From the NCBI GenBank assembly GCA_032718475.1, contig JAUCBJ010006817.1, positions 1-47,792 on the forward strand: a DNA stretch of 47,792 bases, given 5' to 3'. Within the stretch, counting starts at the first letter, position 1, and each line of letters opens with the position of its first letter. The DNA comes from Nemertoderma westbladi. Lineage: Eukaryota > Animalia > Xenacoelomorpha. The position numbers were made by a program, and so were the translations under genes. Of this stretch, positions 22,831 to 34,149 are shown piece by piece. The notes under the pieces were generated by a model that had not been told where the DNA came from, ran no database searches, and saw only the letters and a list, made by a program, of their open reading frames with translations.

Positions 22831-23135
22831 CTACATTTTTTATCCCTAAATTTAATTATTTCACGCAAAAAAATAATTTAATCTCCCTAAATATAGCGAG
22901 AAAAAAATAATTTATTCTCCCTAAAAATAGTGAGAAAAAATAATTTATTCTCCCTAAAAATAGTGAGAAAAAATTAATTTTTTCTCCCTAAAAATAGCGA
23001 AGAAATATTATTTTATTCTCCCTAAAAATAGCGAGAAAAAATTATTTATTCTCCCTAAAAATAGCGAAGAAATATTAATTTATTCTCCCTAAAAATAGCG
23101 AAGAAATATTAATTTATTCTCCCTAAAAGTAGCGT
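22831..23135. repeat. Subterminal tandem array, 33-34-bp unit, ~8 copies plus the terminal copy
   Basis: Repeated aatttattctccctaaaaatagcga[g]aaa; the core ctccctaaa also occurs inverted in the right end near 39222. Confidence 0.92.
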
Positions 23136-23345
23136 GCAAAAATTCGCGATTGGTCAATTCCCCTTAATTTTCTCTAGCTAGCGTTTGGATAGAGATTTTT
23201 GGCTTGCTTGAGATGCTGCTGCCTAATGCTTTCATTATGGGCTGGGGTTGGCCCAGTAGGCCTCCATCCATATCCATCATACTACAGTGTGATTCTACTG
23301 TTATCTTGTATGTAGTAGGCCCACGTAGGCCTGCCGTATTACAGT

Positions 23346-26300
23346 ATGTCCGTTGAACATCAAGCGGCCAGTAATGTACCCATTGCCGAAACTATCCCAA
23401 AATGTCAGTTTTGCCACAAGGTTTTGACATGCTTTTATTGCGAGACAAGCAGAGGCTCTAGTTTCAACTCGTCACACCATCAAGGCATAAGTAATACTGC
23501 GTCCATGCCAAATCCCCGATTAGTTGCGGATGAATTAAGTAGGGCTTTTAGTCCATATGCCGTAGGACGAGGGTCTGGTATTGGTACCAGCAGCACCCAG
23601 CCTTGAATGTCTCCCGCCAGTTTAATCCGATGAATAGGTAGGTACAACAGGGACTGCAAGGAATCGTATAATAGGTCGCCATAGAAACACACCTCGGGTC
23701 GGAAGGCCTCAGGTTTTAATGATAAACATTTGATAATTCTGAAAAATAATTCAGTTTCAGTTTCGAAAGATAATACAATTAAACATTGCATGTTACTGTT
23801 CAGCTCTACTGATAGTGCAGAAGATGTTGATCTTAAGTCGATGTTGATAAAGTCGTGTTTACTTCTCTCACCCTCTTGTTTTACTGAATATCGATTCGTT
23901 AAAGTCATAAACAAAGAGGTCAGTCCAATCCTGTTAATGATGATTTCGAATTTAATGGCTGCACTCTTAAAGCTTTATATCCTGGAAGCTGGTCAATCTA
24001 TATATATTCCAGAGGTACGATCACTACTGTGACTTCTAATCAAGTAGTTTCTATTATATAAGACGAAAATGGAGATGAATCGGAAGATTCTGAAAAGTGT
24101 CTGGTTACTGAAAGTAGTTAGTGATGGTGTCATTGTCCAATCGGATAGTTGTTTGGCTGCATCTCCTTCTACTCGCGCAGAGACGTTAACAGAAATATTA
24201 ATGCGTCTCACCAAGTGTTATGACGACGACGACATCGTCCACTCTAACATTATAAATGTGGTACGAGAAGAAATTCTGGAAGGCGCATTCAACCGGGATA
24301 CATTTAATATCAATCACTGATTGGATATTAAATTTGCTGACGAAGACAGTATCGATGCTGGGGGCCCAACTCGCGTCTTTATGAGTTTGTGCACATCCGC
24401 AATACGAGATTTTTCTATGTTTTATGGTGAAGTAACAGATAAGATGTTATCATTGGATTATAATGGCTAGTGGACAATATATTTATTTAATTAGATTAAT
24501 GATGTTTTATTTAATATAAATATGGCTGTCCTGACTGTCCACATGTACATGTCCAGCTGGAGTGTCGTGGACGATTACTTCTGAAAATGAAGTCATAAAA
24601 AAAGCCTATACCAGACAAGCAATGTGGATGGTTGTTTAGAATGCTTGGTGTTGTTATCCTACATTGGTTCTGGATATTTTGATGGACATGATCTCGATGC
24701 TGGCACTATTGAGGTTCGTGATTACATATACTTACTTATATACTTATACTTATGCATACTGCTTATCGAGGATGGCTGCACTTACTACAGTACATGCAGG
24801 TTGTACTTCGTGATGTTGGTGAAGAGCATAGAGGTGACCATCATGTGAAATTGTTAAATATTGTCAACTGGATGAAGAATGATGCCACAGTGACATAGGA
24901 AGCTTGTCAGTACAGATGTTGCGACGGCCAGTCAGAAGTCAGTCTAAATACGTTAATCATACAGTAGTTCATCCACTAGGCCTACACTAGTGTGTAACAG
25001 TAGTTGTGCAACCTACTTATAAAAATTATAATTATTTATTCTTTTAATAGCTTACAACAAGAGGATATACTTCCTGGCTGGAAAAATGTTGGTATATTTC
25101 ATATTGAATCACGAACCATTTCCTAACTTTTTCCATCCAATCATGTTCCGCATGCTTTGCCAAGGAGTAGATGCTGTAAAACCTACGGAAGCCGATATTG
25201 AAGATTCCGACATTCGACTGCAAATAAATGAAGTAAGAATAAAAATTATTTTTTTTAAAGAACCTTAATCCAAAAAAAGCCAAATTTTCCTTGACCTTGA
25301 ATTCATAATTTCTCTCCGGAGGTCGAGGGTTGGATCCCAGCATGGGGGCCAGGGTAGATTTATAGTAAGAAACTACTTTATCGCAACCTAATCGTAAAAA
25401 CGTTACTTTTTAGTATTATATTATTATTATTTATAATTATTAATTACTATTCTAGATCGCACTATCTGATATGACAGATAAATTCCGAAGTGCTGTTGCA
25501 AACGCCACCAAGACAATCGCTGTAGCTGGCTGTTTCAGTTTAGCTATAGATCTGACAAGGAAACAAATGTTATTAGAAACCTTGTGCAAGTTCTTTGTCA
25601 CAGATCGGATTCGTTGCGCTTTTCTGCAGTAAGTTCAGTATGTATGTATGTTGAACTAAAAATTGGAAGTAGAACATTTTTTCAATATTCTCTCTACCCT
25701 TTATAAACCTCGCCAGAGCTCAGTAAATATAATACTTATAGAAAAGGTTCTTCTAGTTCTACTTTTTCTAGTGAAAAAGTTATACTTTTTTCCCAAGTAA
25801 TAAATAATTAATATTACCTTTAATATATATTAATTATATATTATATTTTTAATTATTATATTAATTAATTAATTATATACTGTATTAATTACCAGGTTTC
25901 AGGAAGGGCTTGAAGTATGTGGTTTTGTCACTGAGTTAAAATCCACCCCGAGTGCGTGGGAAGAGGTGTTCCTATGGCGCGGTGAATCTTTAACCCACGA
26001 AATCGTCGATAGCCTCTTTAAAATTAACTATTCAGAAGGGCAGAGCAATCGCGTGAGAGCTGAAAAGCGCATCACTGTTTACTGGAGAGATTTTGTTCAG
26101 GACCTTAATGGTAAGTTCATATCATTTATTACAATATTTATTGCCATAAACATAGAACATACAATAAGCATTAAAAGCTACTGTACCTGTATCCAATTGT
26201 AACGTCCAACACCATGGAATTGCCCATATGTTAACGAATAAGACAGTCAGATATACCGGTACTCGATGCTGTTAACTTTACTCATAACTACTACAGTATT

Positions 26301-27893
26301 GTGTTAACATTAATTAACATTTTTTTATTATTTTTCCAGCGGGCGAGATCGGTTTGGAATTTGGAAATACACTAAACTTGAAAGACCTCCTTAGATTCAT
26401 AACTGGAAGTGACTGTATCCCACACCTTGGCTATGATGTTAACCCATCCATCAGCTTTCTCCGTCCAGAAGATGTAAAAGAATTATATTACAGTGTGTTC
26501 GCGCTTTCAGACCTTTAGCAGTTTAACCTGCCAATTTTAGGTGTCCTCTTGTTTATAACTCGACTTTAGCCTATAACAATTATTTAATGCACATGAAGTA
26601 ACATTAGCCGAAGCCAGTCTATGCGCGATCATTCACCCACGGTTAAGGGAGACTGGATTCGGATGCTTTGAAGTGATTGCGGTGCAGACCTACGGTATTA
26701 TTCGATTGATAGTTACTATATAATCTCTGACAATATTATTCACTTTCGGGGAAATATTAACAGTTCCTTTAGGACGTGGCGCTTTAAGTATAAAACAGAG
26801 TTATGACTTATACTAAACACAACGAGATGGCTATTGATTTTCGTAAATGGCGCATTCTTTAGGAGATGCTTTATTATCTGTCACACTGCTGCATACAAAT
26901 TCACACTGCTGCACACTGATCTGCCGACCGTCACTGAATTTAATCATATATAAGGAGGATAGCAACTGACACATGTAGGGATTATGAAATAGCATTTAAT
27001 GCACACTAAAACCACTGTAATGTAAGTCGCATTTGCTACCAGTAACCGGTCTCTCTAACCTTTGGTAATCAAGAATATTGGGGTTTTATGATTATTTCTC
27101 GATATTCTCCGAATATAACAACATATCCATCAACAGGTAACAATTAATAACTGACAGTAAATAGCAGTAAAATAATGCGGTGAAATTGGTGCAGTTTGGA
27201 TTGTGACCAATTTGTTTTGTTTGAGTCAGTAGGTGCAGTTTGTTTGGTTTGCAGTTTGATCAGTTTGTTGCACAGTGCAGACCAGGCCAGTGGCCAGATG
27301 TTATTCAGTCAGTCCAGATGATGCAGTTTGATGTTTCATCAGATAATAGATTTACGTTCTTGTAATCAAAGCCGTCTAATGTTGGCCAAAGTCTGAAACT
27401 TCTAACACAGAAGTACAGAATAATTTCCAAGCAGTTATTCTCGCTTAGAAAGGTAAACAAAGACCGTAATGCATTGCGCGTTTTTCCGTAGGCCTCTGTG
27501 CAAAATAAAATGAAAATCGCTCTGATTGGTCGAGCGAGCCTGAACAAAGAAAGTTCCACATTGACAGCAAATCAGCTGACAGATTTCGTCATCTGAACTA
27601 CACTCTATTTAGAGTATTTGGCGTATTGCAGCATAAAATGGCTTGTTATGTCCGCTAAAACACCTACAGGGTACATTGCGGAGAAAATGGCTTGTTATGT
27701 CCGCTAAAACAACTAAACAGTTCATTGCGGAGAAAAATGACTGGTTATATCCGCAAAAGCTTTTACACAGTGATTTACCAAAAGTCACACTTGCAGCTTG
27801 GAACTACTGTTACCTATAGCACGAGATTATGAGATGTTTAAATACATTATGATTAGAAGCCTTGAAGTTCTGACAACATTCTCTACAACCTGA
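23346..27893 (+). pseudogene. Spliced G2E3-like HECT E3 ubiquitin ligase (transposon cargo), disrupted
   Basis: Exons 23346-24465, 25051-25232, 25456-25628, 25896-26110, 26340-26495 + 27773-27893 with phase-compatible introns (first donor GC). Motifs IKFADEDSIDAGGPTR, YFLAGKM..PNFF, QFQEGLE, YWRDFVQD, LLRFITGSDCIPHLGY, SHTCSLELLLP..F(-4)STT*. Several stops and frameshifts. Confidence 0.88.
26496..27767. mobile_element. 1272-bp non-coding TGT...ACA insertion with 5-bp TSD (solo LTR or Ginger-like non-autonomous element)
   Basis: TSD CAGTG at 26491-26495 and 27768-27772; removal restores HECT ..ELYYSDLPK..; 49-bp tandem repeats at 27635-27760. Confidence 0.8.
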
Positions 27894-29098
27894 ATTACTC
27901 AAATATTTGAATTATTTTGGTTAACTAACTTTCAGTATCACTTTTAACATTTTTTGAGTTTTATTCTTACATTTTCAGTTCTAATGCTGGATTTACTTTC
28001 AGTTTTATAATCATCGTAGGTACGTAGCATTTGTTTTCAATATTAGAATATATGGAATTGCGACACCGTAAATATAAATCCATTGCGTCGTGTTAAGTGC
28101 AATCCCAAATCCCCCAAAGGGCAGAATTAACCGAGATCAAAGCTGAGGGAAAGCTATCACTATTGCGAGTAAATATCTTAATTCAATGGTGGAGACCTCA
28201 ACACCTTTTTAACGGCAGCGTTCACAATAAGTAGGTTCAATAGATATTTCTCGTTCGAATTTGGCACGCAGTAAAGGCTAACATATAAAGTACTGTAAAA
28301 CACCGGCAACCAAAACAATAAACCAAACCTATGTCAGAATGTACAGCAATTATGGCTGAAAATTCGTAATTCATGCTAGGCTAGTAGGCTCTTCTAACTA
28401 ATCCCAAAACGAGCAAATACTATTTTTTTTCTCTCAAATTCTGAATAAACAATTAAATAAATTTTATACTTACAACAGTTTGGTTGTCAATCTATACGGA
28501 ATTTAAGATACTAGGGCTGAGAAAGAAATAATTAAATGGCCTAACTATTTTACCATACCAAATGTTGCCTCAGCGCTATAATAACCACTAATTTATCCGT
28601 AGCCCGTAGCCGTAGGGCCTAATAATGATCACAAACTAGGCTATCTAAAATAATTATTAGAAAATTAGTAAGTTAGTATTCCTAATGTGTTATGGTAGAA
28701 ATAGCTACCGGTCTGCCTGTACATGAATTAGAAATCAACATAGGGGCCTCTGAAAACTATATCTAACCCCTTCACAAATTGGCCTACAGCCTTAGGGCCA
28801 ATTGATTGACAGTTACTAATCCAATTTTAGCTAGCCTAAACTTATGCCTAATGGTTCGATCAACTTCCCTGATAGCCCAATCTTGCTTCCGTACCACCAC
28901 TGATGTCCCACATCCCCTTGCCGGCCTCACCGCACCGCAGCTAATCTGATGATAATGGATAATGGATTATATGTTGTGAAATTGGCTCATATGAAACCCG
29001 CCAGCATCTTCCTATGGATAATTTTCTTGTTCCTGTGCTTTAGGGGTTGTTTATAATGGCTGCCTAGCAACCTAGAGTTTGATAACACCACTGAGGTA

Positions 29099-30978
29099 GG
29101 GTATAACTTTTCGCCGTATCCATATCCGTATACTACTACTACTACTAGGATCGGCATGCTGCATTGCAGCTGCATTTTTAAGAATGCTGTGCCGGCTTAT
29201 CGACAAAATTGCACCGCCACAACTCCCTATCACCCATGACATTTGCTAGATCATCCGCATCTTCAAGGCCAGTGTCCTTTAAGATGCGTCTCAAGAAAGT
29301 CATGGGCTGTCCACCATGCTTATTCACTCCATGAGGTTGCCAAGGTACAAGATTATGCACTGGCTCGTCCTCACGGCGAAAGCAATGTCCTGCAAAGCAG
29401 AGGCGATTTTGTTCTAGTGTCAAGCTTGGGGGAACCAATGAGACACCTCCAATGTTATATAGTGTCTGGTTGGAGATGTGTGCATTGTACTTGACACAAT
29501 GAACCCGGCGTAGCATTCTTGTGAATGTGCCATCCAGAGATTTGGTGTCCTCAGCAGTTAGAGCCCAGCATGGACTCCCATATGGAACTGCTGGAAATAC
29601 TGCTGCTCTAAATAATCGGACCTTAAGTTTCCGATTAATTCTCGGTGACTTCCAAATCCTGGAAAGCCTATTCAATGATGCCCATGCCTTTCCCTTACGT
29701 ATTCGAAGGTCCTCACCTGACTTCCGGATCCATGATCCCAGGTAACAGAAGTCATCCACATGCTCAAGCATACCATTTTTTGAGCTTATGCTCATCCGAT
29801 CAGTGACTTGCTAGTAGTTAGGTCAGTTAGGTACTTGGCAGGATTTCCTCGACTTCTGGAGCCAGTAGGTGGAGTTATCATCACCCCATCATCATTATGA
29901 TGATCTAAGGACATGCGTAGAACATAGTCAACAAGAATTATGAACAAGAATGGTGCAAGTGTGTCATATCCGTATGCATTTGCCGTATCCGTATGCAGAT
30001 ACGCGTATGTAATGGATTCCTATGGAGAATAATCCATATGTGATTTTAAAGATTAGGCATTGCGGACCAGTAAGAAGTGCACAGCACACATGCAGACTGA
30101 AGACAGGTAGGCCTACTTAAAAGCGATATGATTTAAAGAGTGCGGCTGCCTCTACCTGAATGGCAAATAAACATGTAGAATATGTAGTAAAATAAGTGAC
30201 AGATGATGTCCTTCAGCCCCGGCATGCCCCACAGCGCTTGTTTTATTGTACTAACTGACACCTGGCCGCCTGGTTGGACTTAGATTAATTACTGGCACCC
30301 AGCTGCCAGGTTACATTCACTGACACGTGGTTTAACTAACTAGCAACTAGCACTAGGTTGGACTTGTTGGCACTTGGCTGCATATGGTTAACTAAATACT
30401 GGCCCCGAAACAGCGAAAGTAAAGTTAATAAATTCACAAAGGACAGACTGACACAACGGTTTTCAATATCTGTTCGAATGTTTATTCCCTTAACATTCTC
30501 ATTGCTGCTTCTATCAGTCTATAATGTTAGTGCCATATACTGAGCAACCAACAACATTCTATAACCAGGTTGGCTGGTTGGTGGAAAAACAGTTCAAAAA
30601 TAAATCACAGTTGGTTAGTTTCCCAAGCGGTGTCAAGGAGAGTTAACTGGTTACAGCTGTACAGGTTAAGAGGTACTGCACTGCTGGCGCATCGGGGGCT
30701 GGTGGACACCGGCTGTCACTTATCCTGGACCTGTCCTGCATTGTATATTTGACATAAGGTAGCGGCAGCCACACTCTTTAAATCACTTAGCTTTAAGTAG
30801 GCCTGCCTATCTGAAGTCTGCATGTGTGTTGTGCACTTCTTACTGGTCCGCAATGCCTAATCTCTAAAATCACATACGGATTATTCTCCATAGGAATCCA
30901 TTACATAGGCACATACGAATATGTACATATGGATAAGACAAATGCATACGGATACGGATACAGCGAAAAGTTATACCC
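29099..30978. mobile_element. Mutator/Foldback-type non-autonomous element with ~220-bp TIRs
   Basis: Ends gggtataacttttcgc...gcgaaaagttataccc; 9-bp TSD ACTGAGGTA (29090-98, 30979-87); the long inverted repeat is interrupted on the left by a LINE. Confidence 0.92.
29132..29964 (-). mobile_element. 5'-truncated RTE LINE (family A) inserted in the MULE TIR
   Basis: ORF 29178-29795 is the RT C-terminus (FCYLGSWI, RLFRAAV, RLCFAGHCFR); (TAG)n tail; 11-bp TSD CATATCCGTAT (29121-31, 29965-75). Confidence 0.93.
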
Positions 30979-31078
30979 ACTGAGGTAGCCATAACTGTAG
31001 GTACTGTACAGCTGTACTATACTAAATTAACAAATAACATGGTAAGGACCCAGCTCATATTTTTGTATTATATATTTT

Positions 31079-33098
31079 TGGTAGATAAATATAATAAATG
31101 GTTAAACACTGAAGTCTTACACCCCTTAATCTAACAAAAAAAAAAAAAACATAGGATCAGGACATTAAGCCCTAAGTAGTACTTAGCCCTAAGGCCATCA
31201 AAAAAAAAAAAAAAAACGACACAAAATAATACAAACAAAAACGACATAAACAAATATATTGAAACATGCTCAACATACAGGTATGTATCGCTCCCTAACC
31301 CTAACCTAACCGCCATACACTAAATGATACCGGTAGTATACTGCACAATAGCTAAGCCTATATTCCATAGAAAAATAAATGACATTTTGTCGCCGTAAAG
31401 GGGTAGAACTCAAGCAAAAATAATTAATTTTATCAAAAATATGGTTGCGTTTCGGTGTCTGAGACCCAGTACGCGGTAATCTCGACACCTCATCAGCTGG
31501 ATAAAGGATTACCCAAAGCCTATCTATATTGCACCAATGACCTAAAAAATCGCACCATGAACTCTGTTACCACCTATCCCAAACAGACATCAGACCACAG
31601 AACATTGGAACCCTATACAGTAAGTAAATCAGTGATACCAATGGAAAACTGGTAGGTTGCTGGGGCAAACACACACAGTATAAAAAATATATTAGATTTT
31701 ACAATTTGCAGTAATTGTCGGAATTCTGCTTCACTTCATAATGTGATAATTGAAAGTACCGACATACTGACTAATGGGGCTTGGTGGTATATAAATATAT
31801 TAAATGGTTAAACACTGAAGTCTTACACCCCTTAATCTAACAAAAAAAAAAACATAGGATCAGGACATTAAGCCCTAAGTAGTACTTAGCCCTAAGGCCA
31901 TCAAAAAAAAAACGACACAAAATAATACAAACAAAAACGACATAAACAAATATATTGAAACATGCTCAACATACAGGTATGTATCGCTCCCTAACCCTAA
32001 CCTAACCGCCATACACTAAATGATACCGGTAGTATACTGCACAATAGCTAAGCCTATATTCCATAGAAAAATAAATGACATTTTGTCGCCGTAAAGGGGT
32101 AGAACTCAAGCAAAAATAATTAATTTTATCAAAAATATGGTTGCGTTTCGGTGTCTGAGACCCAGTACGCGGTAATCTCGACACCTCATCAGCTGGATAA
32201 AGGATTACCCAAAGCCTATCTATATTGCACCAATGACCTAAAAAATCGCACCATGAACTCTGTTACCACCTATCCCAAACAGACATCAGACCACAGAACA
32301 TTGGAACCCTATACAGTAAGTAAATCAGTGATACCAATGGAAAACTGGTAGGTTGCTGGGGCAAACACACACAGTATAAAAAATATATTAGATTTTACAA
32401 TTTGCAGTAATTGTCGGAATTCTGCTTCACTTCATAATGTGATAATTGAAAGTACCGACATACTGACTAATGGGGCTTGGTGGTATATAAATATAATAAA
32501 TGGTTAAACACTGAAGTCTTACACCCCTTAATCTAACAAAAAAAAAAACATAGGATCAGGACATTAAGCCCTAAGTAGTACTTAGCCCTAAGGCCATCAA
32601 AAAAAAAACGACACAAAATAATACAAACAAAAACGACATAAACAAATATATTGAAACATGCTCAACATACAGGTATGTATCGCTCCCTAACCCTAACCTA
32701 ACCACCATACACTAAATGATACCGGTAGTATACTGCACAATAGCTAAGCCTATATTCCATAGAAAAATATATGACATTTTGTCGCCGTAAAGGGGTAGAA
32801 CTCAAGCAAAAATAATTAATTTTATCAAAAATATGGTTGCGTTTCGGTGTCTGAGACCCAGTACGCGGTAATCTCGACACCTCATCAGCTGGACAAACGA
32901 TTACCCAAAGCCTATCTATATTGCACCAATGACCTAAAAAATCGCACCATGAACTCTGTTACCACCTATCCCAAACAGACATCAGACCACAGAACATTGG
33001 AACCCTATACAGTAAGTAAATACCAATGGAATGATACCAATGGAAAACTGGTAGGTTGCTGGGGCAAACACACACAGTATAAAAAATATATTAGATTT
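31079..33098. repeat. Tandem triplication of a ~696-bp unit
   Basis: Identical short ORFs recur at 696-bp offsets (31306/32002/32698). Copies 1 and 2 differ mainly in A-tract length; copy 3 has several substitutions. Each unit contains ccctaaccctaacctaacc. Confidence 0.97.
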
Positions 33099-33284
33099 AT
33101 ATTAGAAATATATTAGATATATTAGATATTTTTGGTAGGGCCTTTAGGGCACAGTGCATTATTTTTTTTTTATATATTTAGTTAGTGTTTGTTTAGGTAG
33201 TGTTTGTGCGGTATATTCAGGTGCTGTTTGTTTCGGTGCGGTTTGTTGTTTTTGCTGTTAGTTATCCATTGTGATTTGTGTCAA

Positions 33285-33362
33285 TTTGTCTGATAAGTCG
33301 CATAGCGGCTGGGGGCGAAAGCCCCAGACATTAAAGATTTACTTATCTTATCTTATCTTACT
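33285..33362 (+). other. Probable structured 3' end of a non-LTR retroelement
   Basis: Hairpins gtcgc-ata-gcggc and ggggc-GAAA-gcccc, then attaaa and a (tctta)n tail. Confidence 0.45.
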
Positions 33363-33921
33363 ATACTGTTACTCCTTACTATTTATTACCTTCATACTGA
33401 TACTTTTATTATAGGGTAGCAGTAGATGGATTATGATTTTATTACTATTAGTAAATGCATAGGAGACACTGGCAAGAGTAATCCTAGGCTACTGTAACGA
33501 ACTTCCGCTTCGCCCTGCACGATAAATAATTGAATGTGCTAGGCCTAGATAGCAATACAGCATAGCAAATTTGTTTTAAAAATATAACTACAGAATTATA
33601 CATATACATCATACTGAAGACCAGGTGATTTCTGTGTCTTCATTACCCGAAAATGTTAGGTCTGTATGTAGTACCATACAACCGTAGCTTAGGTATTGCA
33701 GTTACTGTGTTGGTTCGACCTCCAACCCTAAAAACCCAGTAACCCTAACCCAAATCTCCATAGAGGTTACATTAGAGTTAGGAGTATCAACCACTACAGA
33801 TGGCTGTACATAGATAGCGGCGCACATTGAACGCAAGTTAAAAATGTGATCTTTATCGCATATTGACCACAAATGAAATACACTTTCGTTTATTTGTTTT
33901 GGTTATGTTTATTGTTTTGGT

Positions 33922-34010
33922 CAGGGCCGGATTAAGCTATATCGGGGCCCGGGGCTAATATAAATTTGGGGCCCCCTTAAATTTTAAGGAGGGAGGGGGG
34001 GGGGGGGGGG
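33922..34010 (+). mobile_element. hAT-like MITE terminus
   Basis: CAGGGCCGGATTAAG..ggggccc..aaatttggggcccc; the partner end was not found. Confidence 0.45.
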
Positions 34011-34149
34011 TGGTGTTCGCATATAATGATCACAAATTTAAGAATTGTTTTTTATTGCATCTAGAGCATAATTTAATGGGGATTTCAAATCAAAACTGCT
34101 TAGAGAGATATATTTTAGTTCGACGTGTAAGGTATTATGGTTTTGAATG

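Noticed and set aside
23346-24320. Alternative genetic code (TGA/TAG read as sense), suggested by many in-frame stops
   Set aside because: The stops co-occur with frameshifts and fit ordinary point mutations (CGA, CAG, TGG or TGC to stop); TGA still ends the HECT and BEL ORFs at the expected positions.
31306-33116. Three copies of 60-89-aa ORFs as a small gene cluster
   Set aside because: GTG starts, no motifs; the recurrence simply reflects the 696-bp triplication.
33609-33668. Hammerhead candidate CTGAAGA..GAAA..GTC
   Set aside because: Stem II is offset from the core, and stems I and III do not pair convincingly.
31098-34130. Left TIR of the piggyBac
   Set aside because: No TTAA|CCCTTGAAG match found; ttaaacactgaag in the 696-bp unit is too dissimilar.
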